Positions 24,501 to 35,983 of a stretch of DNA of 45,564 nucleotides are shown here, one piece after another. Below the pieces are notes generated by a model. That model had not been told where the DNA came from. It worked only from the letters and a program-made list of their open reading frames with translations, and made no database searches. Position numbers and translations under genes: made by a program. Source of the stretch: Callorhinchus milii (lineage: Eukaryota); contig NW_024705426.1 of the NCBI RefSeq assembly GCF_018977255.1, positions 1 through 45,564 on the forward strand, read 5' to 3'. The stretch's first letter is position 1. The number at the start of each line of letters is the position of its first letter.

Positions 24501-26620
24501 CGTGTCGAAACGCCTGCGGATGAACGAGAGTCGAGTAATCCCAGTGACGATTCGAATCCCCAGGGACGGAATAGTTACATAGAAGAAAGACTTCTAAGCA
24601 AGAGGGGAGAAGCCACTGTTTCCAAGTTTCCACTGGGAGGGGAACCGCTGCTTTGTCGATCGAGTTGATGCCGACAGCCGAGGTACTATGACCGTGTCTT
24701 TGATAGTTAACACTTGTAACGTTCTCTGTCAAACTGCATTGTCACGGGTATACTAGGATCCCATGACCACCCACTTATCTACGAGAATTTGGTAGTCTGG
24801 ACTACAACGAAATATTTAATGCTAGAGCCTTCATCCAGCGTACAGACCTACATCGTCCCGAAAGGCCGTCGGGGGGTTGTCACGTCTGACTAGGCCACGG
24901 CCCTATTCAGCATATTGCGGTGTGACGGTCGTATAATCAACACGGAACTCGTTTAGGCCAGTTTCGAATGACGCTAAGACAACTTCGGAGTATGACAATT
25001 TGTGCCAGAAACTTACGGTAGTCCTACATGTCTAGTGTCGGACCGCATGGGTGTAACAGTACTCTACGCAGAGACTGTCTACAACCCGGTACGACTACGG
25101 TAGGCATCATGATTGTCACGCTAGTTACATGCGTAGATGCCCCTAGATGACAAGCTTCCGTTATCACCTTGGAGGTGTTAGTACGACTGTAGCTATATTC
25201 CACACTATTCAAACGCGGGTACCTGATATCACGCCGAATTTTTATTGCAACATTTGAGCCCATTTTGTCTGTGCAGGTATGTATGCTTCCACGGTCGGCA
25301 TATAAGTTCGACACTCATATTTCGCGTAAAAGGATCGTCAGGCAGCACCATAGGGACCCCAAAATACCACGTGTCCAAGGGCAAGAAAAGCTACATCGCA
25401 GGACATCTCTAAGCCTTGTCGTTTATCGGACTATTTTTCGCGATTGTTGGGCCGGATTGCACTGAGTAAACTCCATGGTCAGCTGACGATTCGCCTCATC
25501 GGCTAACTCCGCTGTTAGGGAAGATTTCCTCTGGGGCTGGTACGTAAGGGCAATGTATAGTCATCGGTCACCTTTCATCAGAACCCGCTCCTAATAGATA
25601 ATGCACACGTAAACCGGACAAGGCACGTACTAAAACTACCTATGCGACAATCCTGTTTCAGCTAACTGGATCGCGTGCTAACCCAGTACATGTGACCGGT
25701 ATGTCGACTAACCGTTAGACCCAGTCATGTATACGGCTAGGCATTTGTGTTTGCTGATCCAGAAATTCTAACTAGAATCGCCGTCACAAAGTCTTACAGG
25801 CCACAAGCAGCATTGGTAGCGCCCCACGTAGGTGTCTCGACAAGTGCTGTGATGACTGTGACGTGTGCATTCCTCACTCGGGGTAGGCCAACTGATACCT
25901 TGGTTGCCATCCGTCGGTGGAGGTGTGTGTGCACAGTCAGGCCCTTGGGTTAAACCTATACAATCCCTACCTGGGCGTCGTAGGACGCTGTTACCCAAAA
26001 TTAAACACTACCCGATTTACGATATCATTGGCGTGTGCTAACCAACCCTTCGGTGCCAGAGATTTCCCTGACCCATAACGCCAGTCTCGTGGTTTAAGAA
26101 ATTTCTCAGAAATAGCCTAGCACCAGATAATTAGGTATGCATTTGCAGCTCACTAGTTCACCCGGACCTGCGTCTCTGGCGCCAAGTAACAGAGACTTCC
26201 AATAGATTAGACGTGTTCCTGCCGCTGATTCATTGTTTATATCTTAGCCGAGGGGTGGGGCGAAACGTCCTGAGTTGCTGACGGAATCAGGAAGCAAGAT
26301 GCCGTAATTACGTGCAGAATTTCCGAATGGACGGAGCAGTACGACGTGTTTGGCCACTTTACGGTCGCCCTGGAAAGAAGATTACATGTAGCGGGTGCAA
26401 TTTGGTTACAACTGATCGACGGGCGCTAGGCTTGGACTTGCGCTCGTGGAGTCCATAATACCTTAACTCGAGGGGGTTTCAGTTTTTGAGAATGAAGTTG
26501 CATTTAAAAGGACGCTTTTCTACTTCGGGGGGAATTTAAACGTCTTTGTTGTTAAGGCAACTAAGTGGGTTGAAGGCTATAACGGTCCCAGACAAGTGCG
26601 TGCGCCAAATACAAAGACCC
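15570..26620. other. ~11 kb featureless, random-looking block (probable shuffled, synthetic or artefactual sequence)
   Basis: Near-even base composition; frequent TA, CG and CTAG; no microsatellites or recognisable transposable elements; longest ORF 132 aa with no motifs. It starts at the N gap and truncates a LINE ORF2. Confidence 0.75.
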
Positions 26621-29600
26621 CAGCTGGATCTCTGAGTCTTGTATATGGCCATTTTTGCCTGCGCCAGCACAAAGTTGGCCAGGACGTGGCGCTTGTCCAG
26701 CCTGCGGGGTACTCCGCACACCAAGGTGCTCTTGAAGAAGGGCACGTTAATTTTGGTGAAGATGGCTCCCAGCGTCTTAAAGAGCGGCGCCAGCCTTCGA
26801 CAGTCCAGATATTGATGTGTGAGGTCCTCTTCCTCGTCACAGAAGGCGCATGACGCGGACGCTCCTGGCTGGATCTTGCGAACCCACGCTGCTGAGGGCA
26901 GTGCCCAGTGGGCCAGTCTCCACTGAAGGTCTCCGGCTCTCTTCGCCACTGGAGCTTTGTAAAACTCTCTCCACTGCGGGGTGACATCCAACAGCGGGGA
27001 GAAGCGGTCTTTCCACTTCGTGGATGGCACATTTTCGAGAGCTCGACGGTGCAGCGTTTTCACGCAGCAGCTGTAAATAGCTGCTTTGGAGGCGGTCCGT
27101 AGGGCAAAATCCCCGCACTCGTCCAGCTTCAACAGCAGCCCTGTGTCGGTCCGCCTGGGGGGCTGGACGCAGGCTGCCTGTAGTTCCGGACAGGTAGGGG
27201 GGGGGACCGGGCTGAGTCGGTGCCGTCCGGCGTGCGCAGCTGCAGGTGAAGGTCTTTCGCCGTTTTCAGCACCGCTCGTAGCACTTTCCCCCCAGCTATC
27301 ATCGTGCGGAGACCCGCGGCGCGACTTATTTCAGCCGCGCTCTTCCACCTTCGACAGCCGTCGTGGCTCTGTGTTAGGTCTCCCACCGTTCTTACGCCGG
27401 CTTGAATAAACCGGAAGGCCATCGCTTTTTCACTCCTCACCCCTCCAAAGAGGTCACTGAAAACCAGGGGCTCCGTTAGAAAGGCGGCCATGCCGCAGTA
27501 GGGGCTTTTCCTCACCCACTCCAGGCTTCGCCACGCCTCACTCAGATTTTGATAGTACGCGGGCAGTCCGTTGCAGTCCACCACGCTTAGGTTCATGAGG
27601 AGCAGCTCTCGCCCGTAGCCCATCTGTCCCCCGGCGCACCTCAGCACGGCGAGGGCCAGCGTCTTCCACGGCGCCTCCTCCTGGTCGTACAGTATGGCCT
27701 TCGCTGTCTGGAGTCGGAAGCACATTACCCTGGCCGCCACGTCCACCAAGCCCTGTCCGCCCTCGTGCCTCGGCAGATGGAGTACGCCGGGCTTGAGCCA
27801 GTGTTTTCCGGCCCAAACGAAGGCGATGAGCGCTTTATTGACTTTGGTCACCAACCATTCTGGCGGGGGGAGGGCTTTCATTCTATGCCAGAGCACGGCG
27901 GCAGCCAGGTTGTTGGCGATCAGCGTCCTGCCTCTGAAGGAGAGGTGTGCACGGAGGTGCTCCCACGATTTCAGCTTATCCTCGAGTCTGACCCGCAACT
28001 CCTCCCAGTTTTTTGGACCGTCGAGTCGCTCCCCAAGTGTACTCCGAGGTACAGGATCCCATCGTCCCGCCACTGCACTCCGCCCGGGAGGGATACGGGT
28101 TGCGTGGCGCTGTGTAGCCCCATCCACAGTGCCGTGCTTTTTTGCCAGTTGACCTTGGCGCCGGCGGCGTCCTCGTAATCCTTGACTGCACTGTGCAGCG
28201 CGACGACGTCCTTACTGTTGTTCACCACCACGCAGACGTCGTCGGCGTATGCCGAGAGCTTCAGGTTCGCTCCGTCAGGACCCGGGAAGGAGAGTCCAGG
28301 CAGGGTGGTTCTTAACCTCCTCAGGAACGGCTCCAGAGACAGCGCGTACAATAACCCTGAGAGGGGGCATCCCTGCCGCACCCCCCTCGTTACCGGGAAG
28401 GGAGGACCCAGGCGTTGGTTGATTTTAATCGTGCTCTGTATGTCGGCGTACAGTAATTTGACTTGTGCCGTGAAAAAAGGTCCGAAGCCGAAGGAGGATA
28501 AGAGTTTTTCAAGGTAGCCGTGTTCCACCCTATCGAAGGCCTTTTCTTGATCCATAAAGACCATTCCGGCATTCACACGATGTATTCTGGCCAAGGATAT
28601 GGCATCACGGACCGCACCAATGCTGTTGTGAATGGTGCGGCCGGGGATACAGTAAGTCTGTTCCTTGCCGATGACGCGGCCTGCCACGGTCTTCAGACGG
28701 TTGGCTATCGCCTTAGCAATTATTTTATAATCCGTACACAGGAGGGACACTGGCCGCCAGTTTTCTATCTTGCGCGGGTCTCCTTTCTTGGGTAGCAATA
28801 CTACCACTGCTCGCCTGCAGCTGACTGGCAGCCGTCCTTCCCGCAGACTCGCTGCCAGCACCTCCAGTAGGCAAGGGCCAATTAGGTCCCAAAAGGCCTC
28901 GTAGAATTCCACTGGGAGCCCATCGATGCCTGGGGATTTCCCCCTGGGGAGCCCTGCCATCGCAGCCCGCAGCTCCTCCAGGGTTATGGGGCCCTCCAGT
29001 TTTTCTCTCTCTTCCTCCTCCAGGGTGGGACTTCCTTCTAGGAGGAGGTCGGCTGCTCCCGGTTGTGCGGTTCCGCTTTTCAGCAAGCGCGAGAAGAAAC
29101 GCGTGGCTGTCAGTCTAATTTCCTCCTCGGAGGTTGTTATTTTGCCCTCTTCAGTCAGCAGACTGGTGATTGTGTTGTTGCTGCTGTTCTTGTTGTTGTT
29201 GTTGTTTTGAAAACGAAAGAAATACTTGGAGGGTGAGTCCATCTGCTCCAGGTGCTGCATTCTCTTCTCCACGTAGGAGGCGTGCATCCGCTGGTCGGTG
29301 ACGGCCCTGAAAAGTCTCCGCCTTCCGAGCAGCGGAGACGCCGGACCCTCGTCTCCCTGCACTTCCCCGCTGGACCCTGTATCCGCTTCCAGCTGGAGCA
29401 GTTCCTCCTCCAGGCGTCGCAGTGCGTCGTACCTCGCGACAGCACGGTGGCCCGCAAGCTGCACAGAGAGAGCCCTCACCCGTGCCTTGACGGCTTCCCA
29501 CCGTTGTGGGGCGGGGATGGAGGGGTCCTCAGCCTCCTTCGAGTGCGACCAACACGCCCTGATCGCCGTCTTGAACTCTTGCTCGTTGAGTTGGGTCACG

Positions 29601-30318
29601 TCCATCCGCCAATAGGGGCAGCGACGGCGCTCCCCGGGCGTTCACCGAGGAGAGTCGCGCTTTCCTTGTTTATGTAGATACGATCCAGCCTAGCGAGGCT
29701 TACCCTGCCCTGGGGAGGGCCGCGGCACCACGTATATTGCCGCTTAGTTGGGTGTTGCAGCCTCCACGCGTCGGCGAGTCGAAGTTGTTGCAGCGTTCTC
29801 GCGAGCGGTCTCGCCGATTCGGGGTGTGGCTCGGGGCCGTTGCGGTCGAGCGCCGGATCTAAGGTGCAATTCCAATCCCCGCCCGCGACCGCAACGACCC
29901 CGTCGGCCCTGCTCGCCTCCAGCGCGGTGTGCAGCGTATCGGTGAAGAAGTCCCTCCTCTCTTTACTTTTACATGGCGCGTAAACGTTAAAGCATCTGAA
30001 TCTCGTATCGTTTATCACGAAGTCTACCGAGATCAGGTGCGCCTTAAGAATTTCCTTAAAGTCCACCTTCTCCGGGGTGAAACCTCTTCCGAACAGGAAG
30101 GCTACCCCTGCCCGATTCCCGTCTCCGTTACTGAAGAAGGAAGGGGCGCTCACCAGGGGCTGTCGTCGGGCACAGAGGGTGGCGTCAAGATGCGTTTCTT
30201 GTAGCATCGCGACATCTGCTTTGTTTTCTTCTAGGAGCAGACAGACGCGGTGCCATCTTTCTTTGTCTCTCACTCCATTACAGTTGACACTCAGGATCTT
30301 AATGCCGGAGGCCATCAT
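26620..30318 (-). pseudogene. Copy 1 ORF2: APE endonuclease, reverse transcriptase, zinc finger
   Basis: NCNG, QETH, NVYAP, GGDWN, RLDRIY; KSPGIDG, NWRPVSLL, DQEKAFDRV, RQGCPLS, YADD; CAFCDEEEDLTHQYLDC. Frameshifts near ~29605, ~28020 and ~27200. Confidence 0.95.
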
Positions 30319-32061
30319 GGGTTTTCTTCATTCTCCTCTTGTGGCTTCACGGGAGGCCGCTCCTGGGAGGGGGGGCGCTGCTTCCCCAGTCTCGTCCGCA
30401 GTGCCCGCAGCCGATGTAACTCACCGGAGCTAAAGCCGTAAAGTGACGGTTCCTTCAGTATCTTATGGGCAGCCTTCTTAAAGCCCTCTAGATCGGGGAA
30501 GGCCAGTTCGGGGCGAGTGTGCCATTGCCCGAAGTTTTTCTTAAGGTAGAGGAGGATGTCGTGGGGGGCACACTCCCGTTCCGCTGCCACTTCGGAGTAG
30601 CTTCTTTCGCTCGCCGTGTCGTCGTCATCACAGTCCGTTTCCCCACCGATCACAACCCCCTCTACGACCGTGTGAGGTCCGGGCATGATGGGTTGCCCCA
30701 CAACACTCTCGGGTGTGGGCAGAGTGTCCTCCCCGTCTTCCACCTGTGCTTCACTTGGTAGGGGGGGGGGTCTCATCTTCCCCGAGCGAGGCAGCCCTCC
30801 CTCTGCTCTCCTCCCTCGGCGTCCACGCCTCGAGCTCGCGACCGCCTTCCGTTACCACCTCGTCGCGGCTGTCTCGTTCGTCGCAGCTGCTGGCGTTGAC
30901 GGTGCTACTGCTGCTTTCCTCTCCCGTCGTCGGGAGTTTTGCCTCTGCTGCTGCTGCTGCCCGCTTCGGGCGGGTGCCACCACCTCCTCCTTGGGCTGCA
31001 GCATTCCGCTTAGCTCTCCTTTTCCTGCTTTCCACGACGGTGAACTCCATCTCACCGTCGTCCTCACCATCTGTTCCCTGTGTGCCGCTCGTGGCGTCTC
31101 CAGGCAGGTGGGTCCGCTGTTGCTGTTGTTGCTGCTGTTGCGGTTGTTGCTGTTGCTGCTGCTGCTGCCGTTGTCGTTGCCGTTGTGACGGCGGTGGCAG
31201 CGGCGGCGGCGGCATCTGCTCCCGCTGTATTTGCTGCTGCTGCTGCTCTTGTTTCTCCTGTTGTTGTTGTTGTTGCTGCCGTTGCTGCGGTGTCTGCTGC
31301 TCCTGCTGTTTTGGCTGCTGCTGCCGCTGCTGCTGTGGTGGCTGCTGCTGCTGCTGCTGTGGTGGCTGTTGTTGTTGTTGCTGCTGCTGTTGCTGTTTTG
31401 GCTGCTGCCGCTGCTGCTGCGGTGGCTGCTGCTGCTGCTGCTGTGGTGGCTGTTGTTGCTGTTGTGTTTGCTGCTGCTTCTTCTCTTTCGGGCAGTTCTT
31501 GCGGGTGTGCCCCGCTCCACCGCACCCGAAGCATCTCAACGCTACCGACGAGGCGAACACAATGTAGGTGTGCCCGTCGACAGTATACTTCATTGTTAGT
31601 TCTATTTCGGACTTGCCGTCCTTTGGTATTACATACACCTGGCGCTGCAAGGATTTAACATGCGCCAGCCGCGGGTTCTTCGTTCGCAGTGGTACCATTG
31701 TAACGTTGGACACCACCGTTCCGAAGCGTTCCAAATCTTTTTTCAGAGTCGCACCTGGGAGGAAAGGGGGGGCTCCAGAGAGGAGCACCCTAATGGCCGG
31801 TGTCGCGAGAGGGGTGCACTGAAGCAGTTGATCGTCTACAACAATGCCGGTCGCCACCACGCCGTCCACCATCTCCTCCCTTGCCACGTATATTACCACA
31901 CCGTGGTCTTGTCTTTGTGCTGCCCACACGTTGGGGTAGCCGACGACCCCGGCCACCACCTCCGCTACAGCCTCCGCGGTCGTTGTTGACGGCGGGAAAA
32001 CGATGAAGCCATTTCGCTTTGTGAGACCATCCAGTCCCGGGCGCTGCTCCATCGTGCACAA
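30315..32061 (-). pseudogene. Copy 1 ORF1 (Gag-like, CCHC knuckle, poly-Q tract); frameshift at a G run near ~30765
   Basis: CFGCGGAGHTRKNC; Tx1-type N-terminal domain (IRVLLSGAPPFL, HVKSLQRQVY); C-terminal domain homologous to copy 2. Confidence 0.9.
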
Positions 32062-32324
32062 AGGAAAAACGGCTGTGGCCTCAAGCCGCGATAAAAAGGA
32101 AAGAAATAAAAGAAAAGGCTACGAAGGGAAGGGCGTACGGCTAAAGGTTCTTTTCCTTTTTTTAAGAAAGAAAGAAAAAAGGTCGCTAAAAGGAAGGATG
32201 CTAGAAAAAAACCGTATAAACTCTCACTCTAGGCCGGGCCAGGCTCACACCTGTGCCCAGGCCTCCGTTCGCACCAACGCTAGGGAAGGAGCTCCAGGTG
32301 AACACAGCCGCACCCAACGGTGGC

Positions 32325-32632
32325 GAGAGAGAGAGAGAGATTTTCGTCACGAGAGAGAGAGATCTTCTCCCCGCCCCGTCACGAGAGAGAGAGATCTTCT
32401 CCCCGTCACGAGAGAGAGAGATCTTCTCCCCGTCACGAGAGAGAGAGATCTTCTCCCCGTCACGAGAGAGAGAGAGAGAGATCTTCTCCCCGTCACGAGA
32501 GAGAGAGAGAGAGATCTTCTCCCCGTCACGAGAGAGAGAGAGAGAGATCTTCTCCCCGTCACGAGAGAGAGAGAGAGATCTTCTCCCCGTCACGAGAGAG
32601 AGAGAGAGATCTTCTCCCCGTCACGAGAGAGA
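32325..32632. repeat. Minisatellite [CGTCAC(GA)nTCTTCTCCC], about 11 units, between LINE copies 1 and 2
   Basis: Direct reading; the GA count varies between units. Confidence 0.95.
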
Positions 32633-35584
32633 CTTTTGACTTTTATAACAACTTTATTCCCCCTGTGCCAATGGCGCAGGAGCCTTTCCGTGCATCAAAA
32701 TGTACGTACATGCCTTCATGGCAACAGCATTCACGCCATTTGATCGCCAACCAGAACGTGCGTGCCTCCATGGCAACAACCACACTCCATTGATCGTCAC
32801 GCAACACATCGCCACTGCATCACAGTCAATGTCCGGTGTGCGCGTCGTTCATTCCGGGTTTTGCCACCCTTTCGCCTAGCAGGGCTCCTCCTGCTCCTCC
32901 TCACCCTCCTCTCCTGGTGGGGGGGGGGGGTGGGGGGGGAGGGTGGCAGCTTCCTCACTCTGGTCATCATCGCCTTCAAACGGTAAACCTCCTGCCGGTT
33001 GAAACCGTATCTGTGCGGGTCCTTGACCACCGCCTGTGCCACCTCGATGAAAGCTCCCCTATCGGGGAACGTGTCCCGCACATGAACGTTCCGTGCCCCG
33101 TACACCCGCTTCATCCACGCGAGGATGTCGTTGGGGTCATACTTTGTTGGCCCAACCCTGCGCCTCGCCCCTGAGAGGTGTCGGGGGGGGGGTACTCCTC
33201 CTCGTCCCAGTCGTCCTCAGGGTCCTCACGGTCACCCGTCTCACCGGCGCCGGCCTCCCCTGCCGCCTCCGCCGACCCTCCTGGAGCCGGGGCCTCCCCG
33301 GGCTCGAGCCCAATTTTGGGCATTTTCTTCCTCTTCATTCTCTCCTTCATTCCTTCGTCATACCACTTTGGGATGGGCGGAGGGTCGCCCTTCACCGGCA
33401 CGAAACCACTCGGCACGCCGTTGTCATCGGTGTCGGGCCACCCCCGATGTCGGCGAGGGTAGCGCCACCTCTCACGTCGGCGCAGGCCTCCTCTTCCGTC
33501 CCCGCCGCCCCATCTGGGGCCGGGGCCTCGCTGGGCACGATCCCGCACGCAGGCAGCCGACTCCCCCCGGGTCCATTCCCACCTCCTCCCCTCCCCCGGG
33601 ACAGGCGAAGAGGTGCTCCCCGGAGCCTCGACGCCACCCGGCACAGCCACGGCGCCGGCGGCAGCCTCCGTCTCCTCTCTCTGCCGTGCTGGAACGGCGA
33701 GGCCGGAATTGGTCGCGGCGCTCCTCCTGTTCGTCACCGACAGGTGCGCCTCGCTGGCAATATCCATGGCCTCCCCTCCCTTATCCGCTGAGCAACTGGT
33801 TCGCTCGGCGGCCCCTTTCTCCTCCCCGACCACGTCGGGTTCCGTGCTCCCCTCTCGGTCCCCCGTCGGGCCCGCGTGAAGGGTGGCTTCCTGGAGCTGC
33901 GTCGTCGCTCTGCGCCACGCTGGCGCTGGCGGCTGGCTCCGCTGCTTCCATCACCGGGGTGGGTGGGGCCGGGCTCGGCAACCGCGTCCTCGGCTCGATC
34001 GTATCCGCTGAGTCCGCGTTGCCAGTGGCCTCCACAGCTTCCCTCCCCGTGCACTCCACACCGCCGGCCGGCCGCCCGACGTCGTCGGCTGTGGCTGGCC
34101 TCTTCAGCTGCTCCGTCAGCCCGTTTCCGCGCCTCCTCCTCTTCCTCCTGGCGCTTTTAACGACGGCAGCCCCATCGCCGTCGCTCCTTCGTGAGGGTCC
34201 GACTCCCCGTGCTCCGGCACGGGCTCGGCACCACCACTCTGCAGCTGTTGTTCCTGCTGCAGTAGCGGCACCTGCGGTGGCTGCTGCTGCTCACGCTGCT
34301 GCTGCTCACGCTGCTCCCGCCGCTGCTGTTGTTGCAGCGGCGGCGTCAGCGCCGTCGCTCCTGTTGCTGCTCCACCCGACTTCGTCTTGGTGGGGCAGTC
34401 TTTCCTCACGTGCCCCACGCTGCCACACACGTAACAGCGTGGCGCGGCTGTGGCCAGGTACATGACGTGGACGCGGCCACCAGCAACACGCTTGATGGTC
34501 ACGTCCAACTCAGTACGCCCGCCTTTCAGAGTGAAATAGCACTGCCGCTGTCCGGACAGGATATGCCTCATAGCAGGGTTCCGTGACCGCATTGGCAACT
34601 GAACGATGCCTGAGGCCACCGTGCCGTAACACTGCAGTTCTCTCACCAACCCCGCATTGGTAAAATACGGTGGAGCGCCCGTGATGATGACCCGTACCGT
34701 CGGTGCTGAGAGAGGGGTACACTGCACCAGCGGCCCCCCCTCACCTCCGACTTTGAGTCCCTTCTCTACCACACGTGCCGCCGCCTCCACCGTGGCTACG
34801 TACACTACGTAGCCTCGGTTTTCCCCGTTGTACCACCGGACAGCAGGCAGCCCGGTGTGCGTTGCCACTGCAGTGGCGACTTCCTCGGGTGTTGTCCCCG
34901 GCGATGGAAAACATCGGAAGCCGTGGTCATCCGTGAGAGCCTCCGTGCTGTTGAGCTGAGCCACGTCGCCCGCATGGCCGCAGCAGCAGCAACAAAAAAA
35001 TAGTCGCCAAAAAAATAATAAACCACCAAACAAACACACAACGCACACCCAACACCAACCACTAGACAGACAGACAAAAACACGCACACGCACAGACCAC
35101 CACACAAACGAAACCACGCACCACCAAACCCACAAGCAAACAACGAAAGCCGAACAATAAAACAAACACACAAACAAAACGACAGACAAACGAACAAACA
35201 CACGCACAAGCAGACACACAAACAAGCAAACACACAAACACACAAATAGACACTCACCGAACAAACAACCAGGCCAACCACACGTGGTGTTAGGCCAGGT
35301 AAAAAAACCACCAGGCAAACACACAAACCGACCAGCCAAGCAGACAAACAATCAAAACAAACACTAACAAACACACAACACAGACAAACACACAAACAAC
35401 AGTAGTAATAAAAACTGTTACTACAGCAGGCTGACACACGGGGAGAAAACGCAGAATAAACTAGCGTTTTTCCCTAGTTCACTCTCCCTAGGCCAGGCTC
35501 AGGCTCACACCTGAGCCCAGGCCTCCACCCACACACACGTTAGAGCGGGAGCACCAGGTGTATGCAGCCGCACCCCAAGGTGGC
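32633..35584 (-). mobile_element. Tx1-clade copy 2: ORF1-only non-autonomous element with both termini
   Basis: 5' terminus homologous to copy 1; 3' end AATAAAGTTG...AAAAGTCAAAAG homologous to copy 3; ORF1 present, no ORF2. Confidence 0.85.
32797..34975 (-). pseudogene. Copy 2 ORF1 (CCHC knuckle, frameshifted)
   Basis: CYVCGSVGHVRKDC; VRVIITGAPPYF; C-terminal TFPDRGAF...PHRYGFNRQEVYRLKA aligns with copy 1 AFPDLEGF...PSLYGFSSGELHRLRA. Confidence 0.85.
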
Positions 35585-35983
35585 GAGAGAGAGAGAGATC
35601 TTCTCCACGTCACGAGAGAGAGAGAGAGAGAGATCTTCTCCATGTCACGAGAGAGAGAGAGATCTTCTCCCCGTCACGATAGAGAGAGAGAGAGATCTTC
35701 TCCCCGTCACGAGAGAGAGAGAGATCTTCTCCCCGTCACGAGAGAGAGAGAGAGATCTTCTCCATGTCACGAGAGAGAGAGAGATCTTCTCCCCGTCACG
35801 AGAGAGAGAGATCTTCTCCCCGTCACGAGAGAGAGAGAGAGAGATCTTCTCCCCATCACGAGAGAGAGAGAGATCTTCCCCGTCACGAGAGAGATAGAGA
35901 GATCTTCTCCCCGTCACGAGAGAGAGAGAGAGATCTTCTCCCCGTCACGAGAGAGAGAGATCTTCTCCACGTCACGAGAGAGA
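35585..35983. repeat. Same [CGTCAC(GA)nTCTTCTCCC] minisatellite, about 14 units, between LINE copies 2 and 3
   Basis: Direct reading. Confidence 0.95.

Larger units (their letters stand above)
26620..32324 (-). mobile_element. Tx1-clade non-LTR retrotransposon copy 1 (ORF1 plus ORF2, frameshifted, 3' end missing)
   Basis: Zinc-knuckle ORF1 followed by APE endonuclease, reverse transcriptase and C-terminal CCHC; the 5' end abuts a (TC)n minisatellite. Confidence 0.95.

Noticed and set aside
15570..26620. Short ORFs (60-132 aa) as a novel operon or viral insert
   Set aside because: They are sparse, lack motifs, often overlap on opposite strands and show no gene-dense packing. This is what chance would give.
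34976..35351. Hydrophobic N-terminal extension (apparent membrane domain) of copy 2 ORF1
   Set aside because: It is the translation of a GT-rich low-complexity 5' UTR; homology to copy 1 ORF1 starts only near ~34960.
32325..35983. GA minisatellites as CRISPR arrays or as RE-rich proteins
   Set aside because: The variable part is only the (GA)n length, and the ORFs are translations of the repeat.
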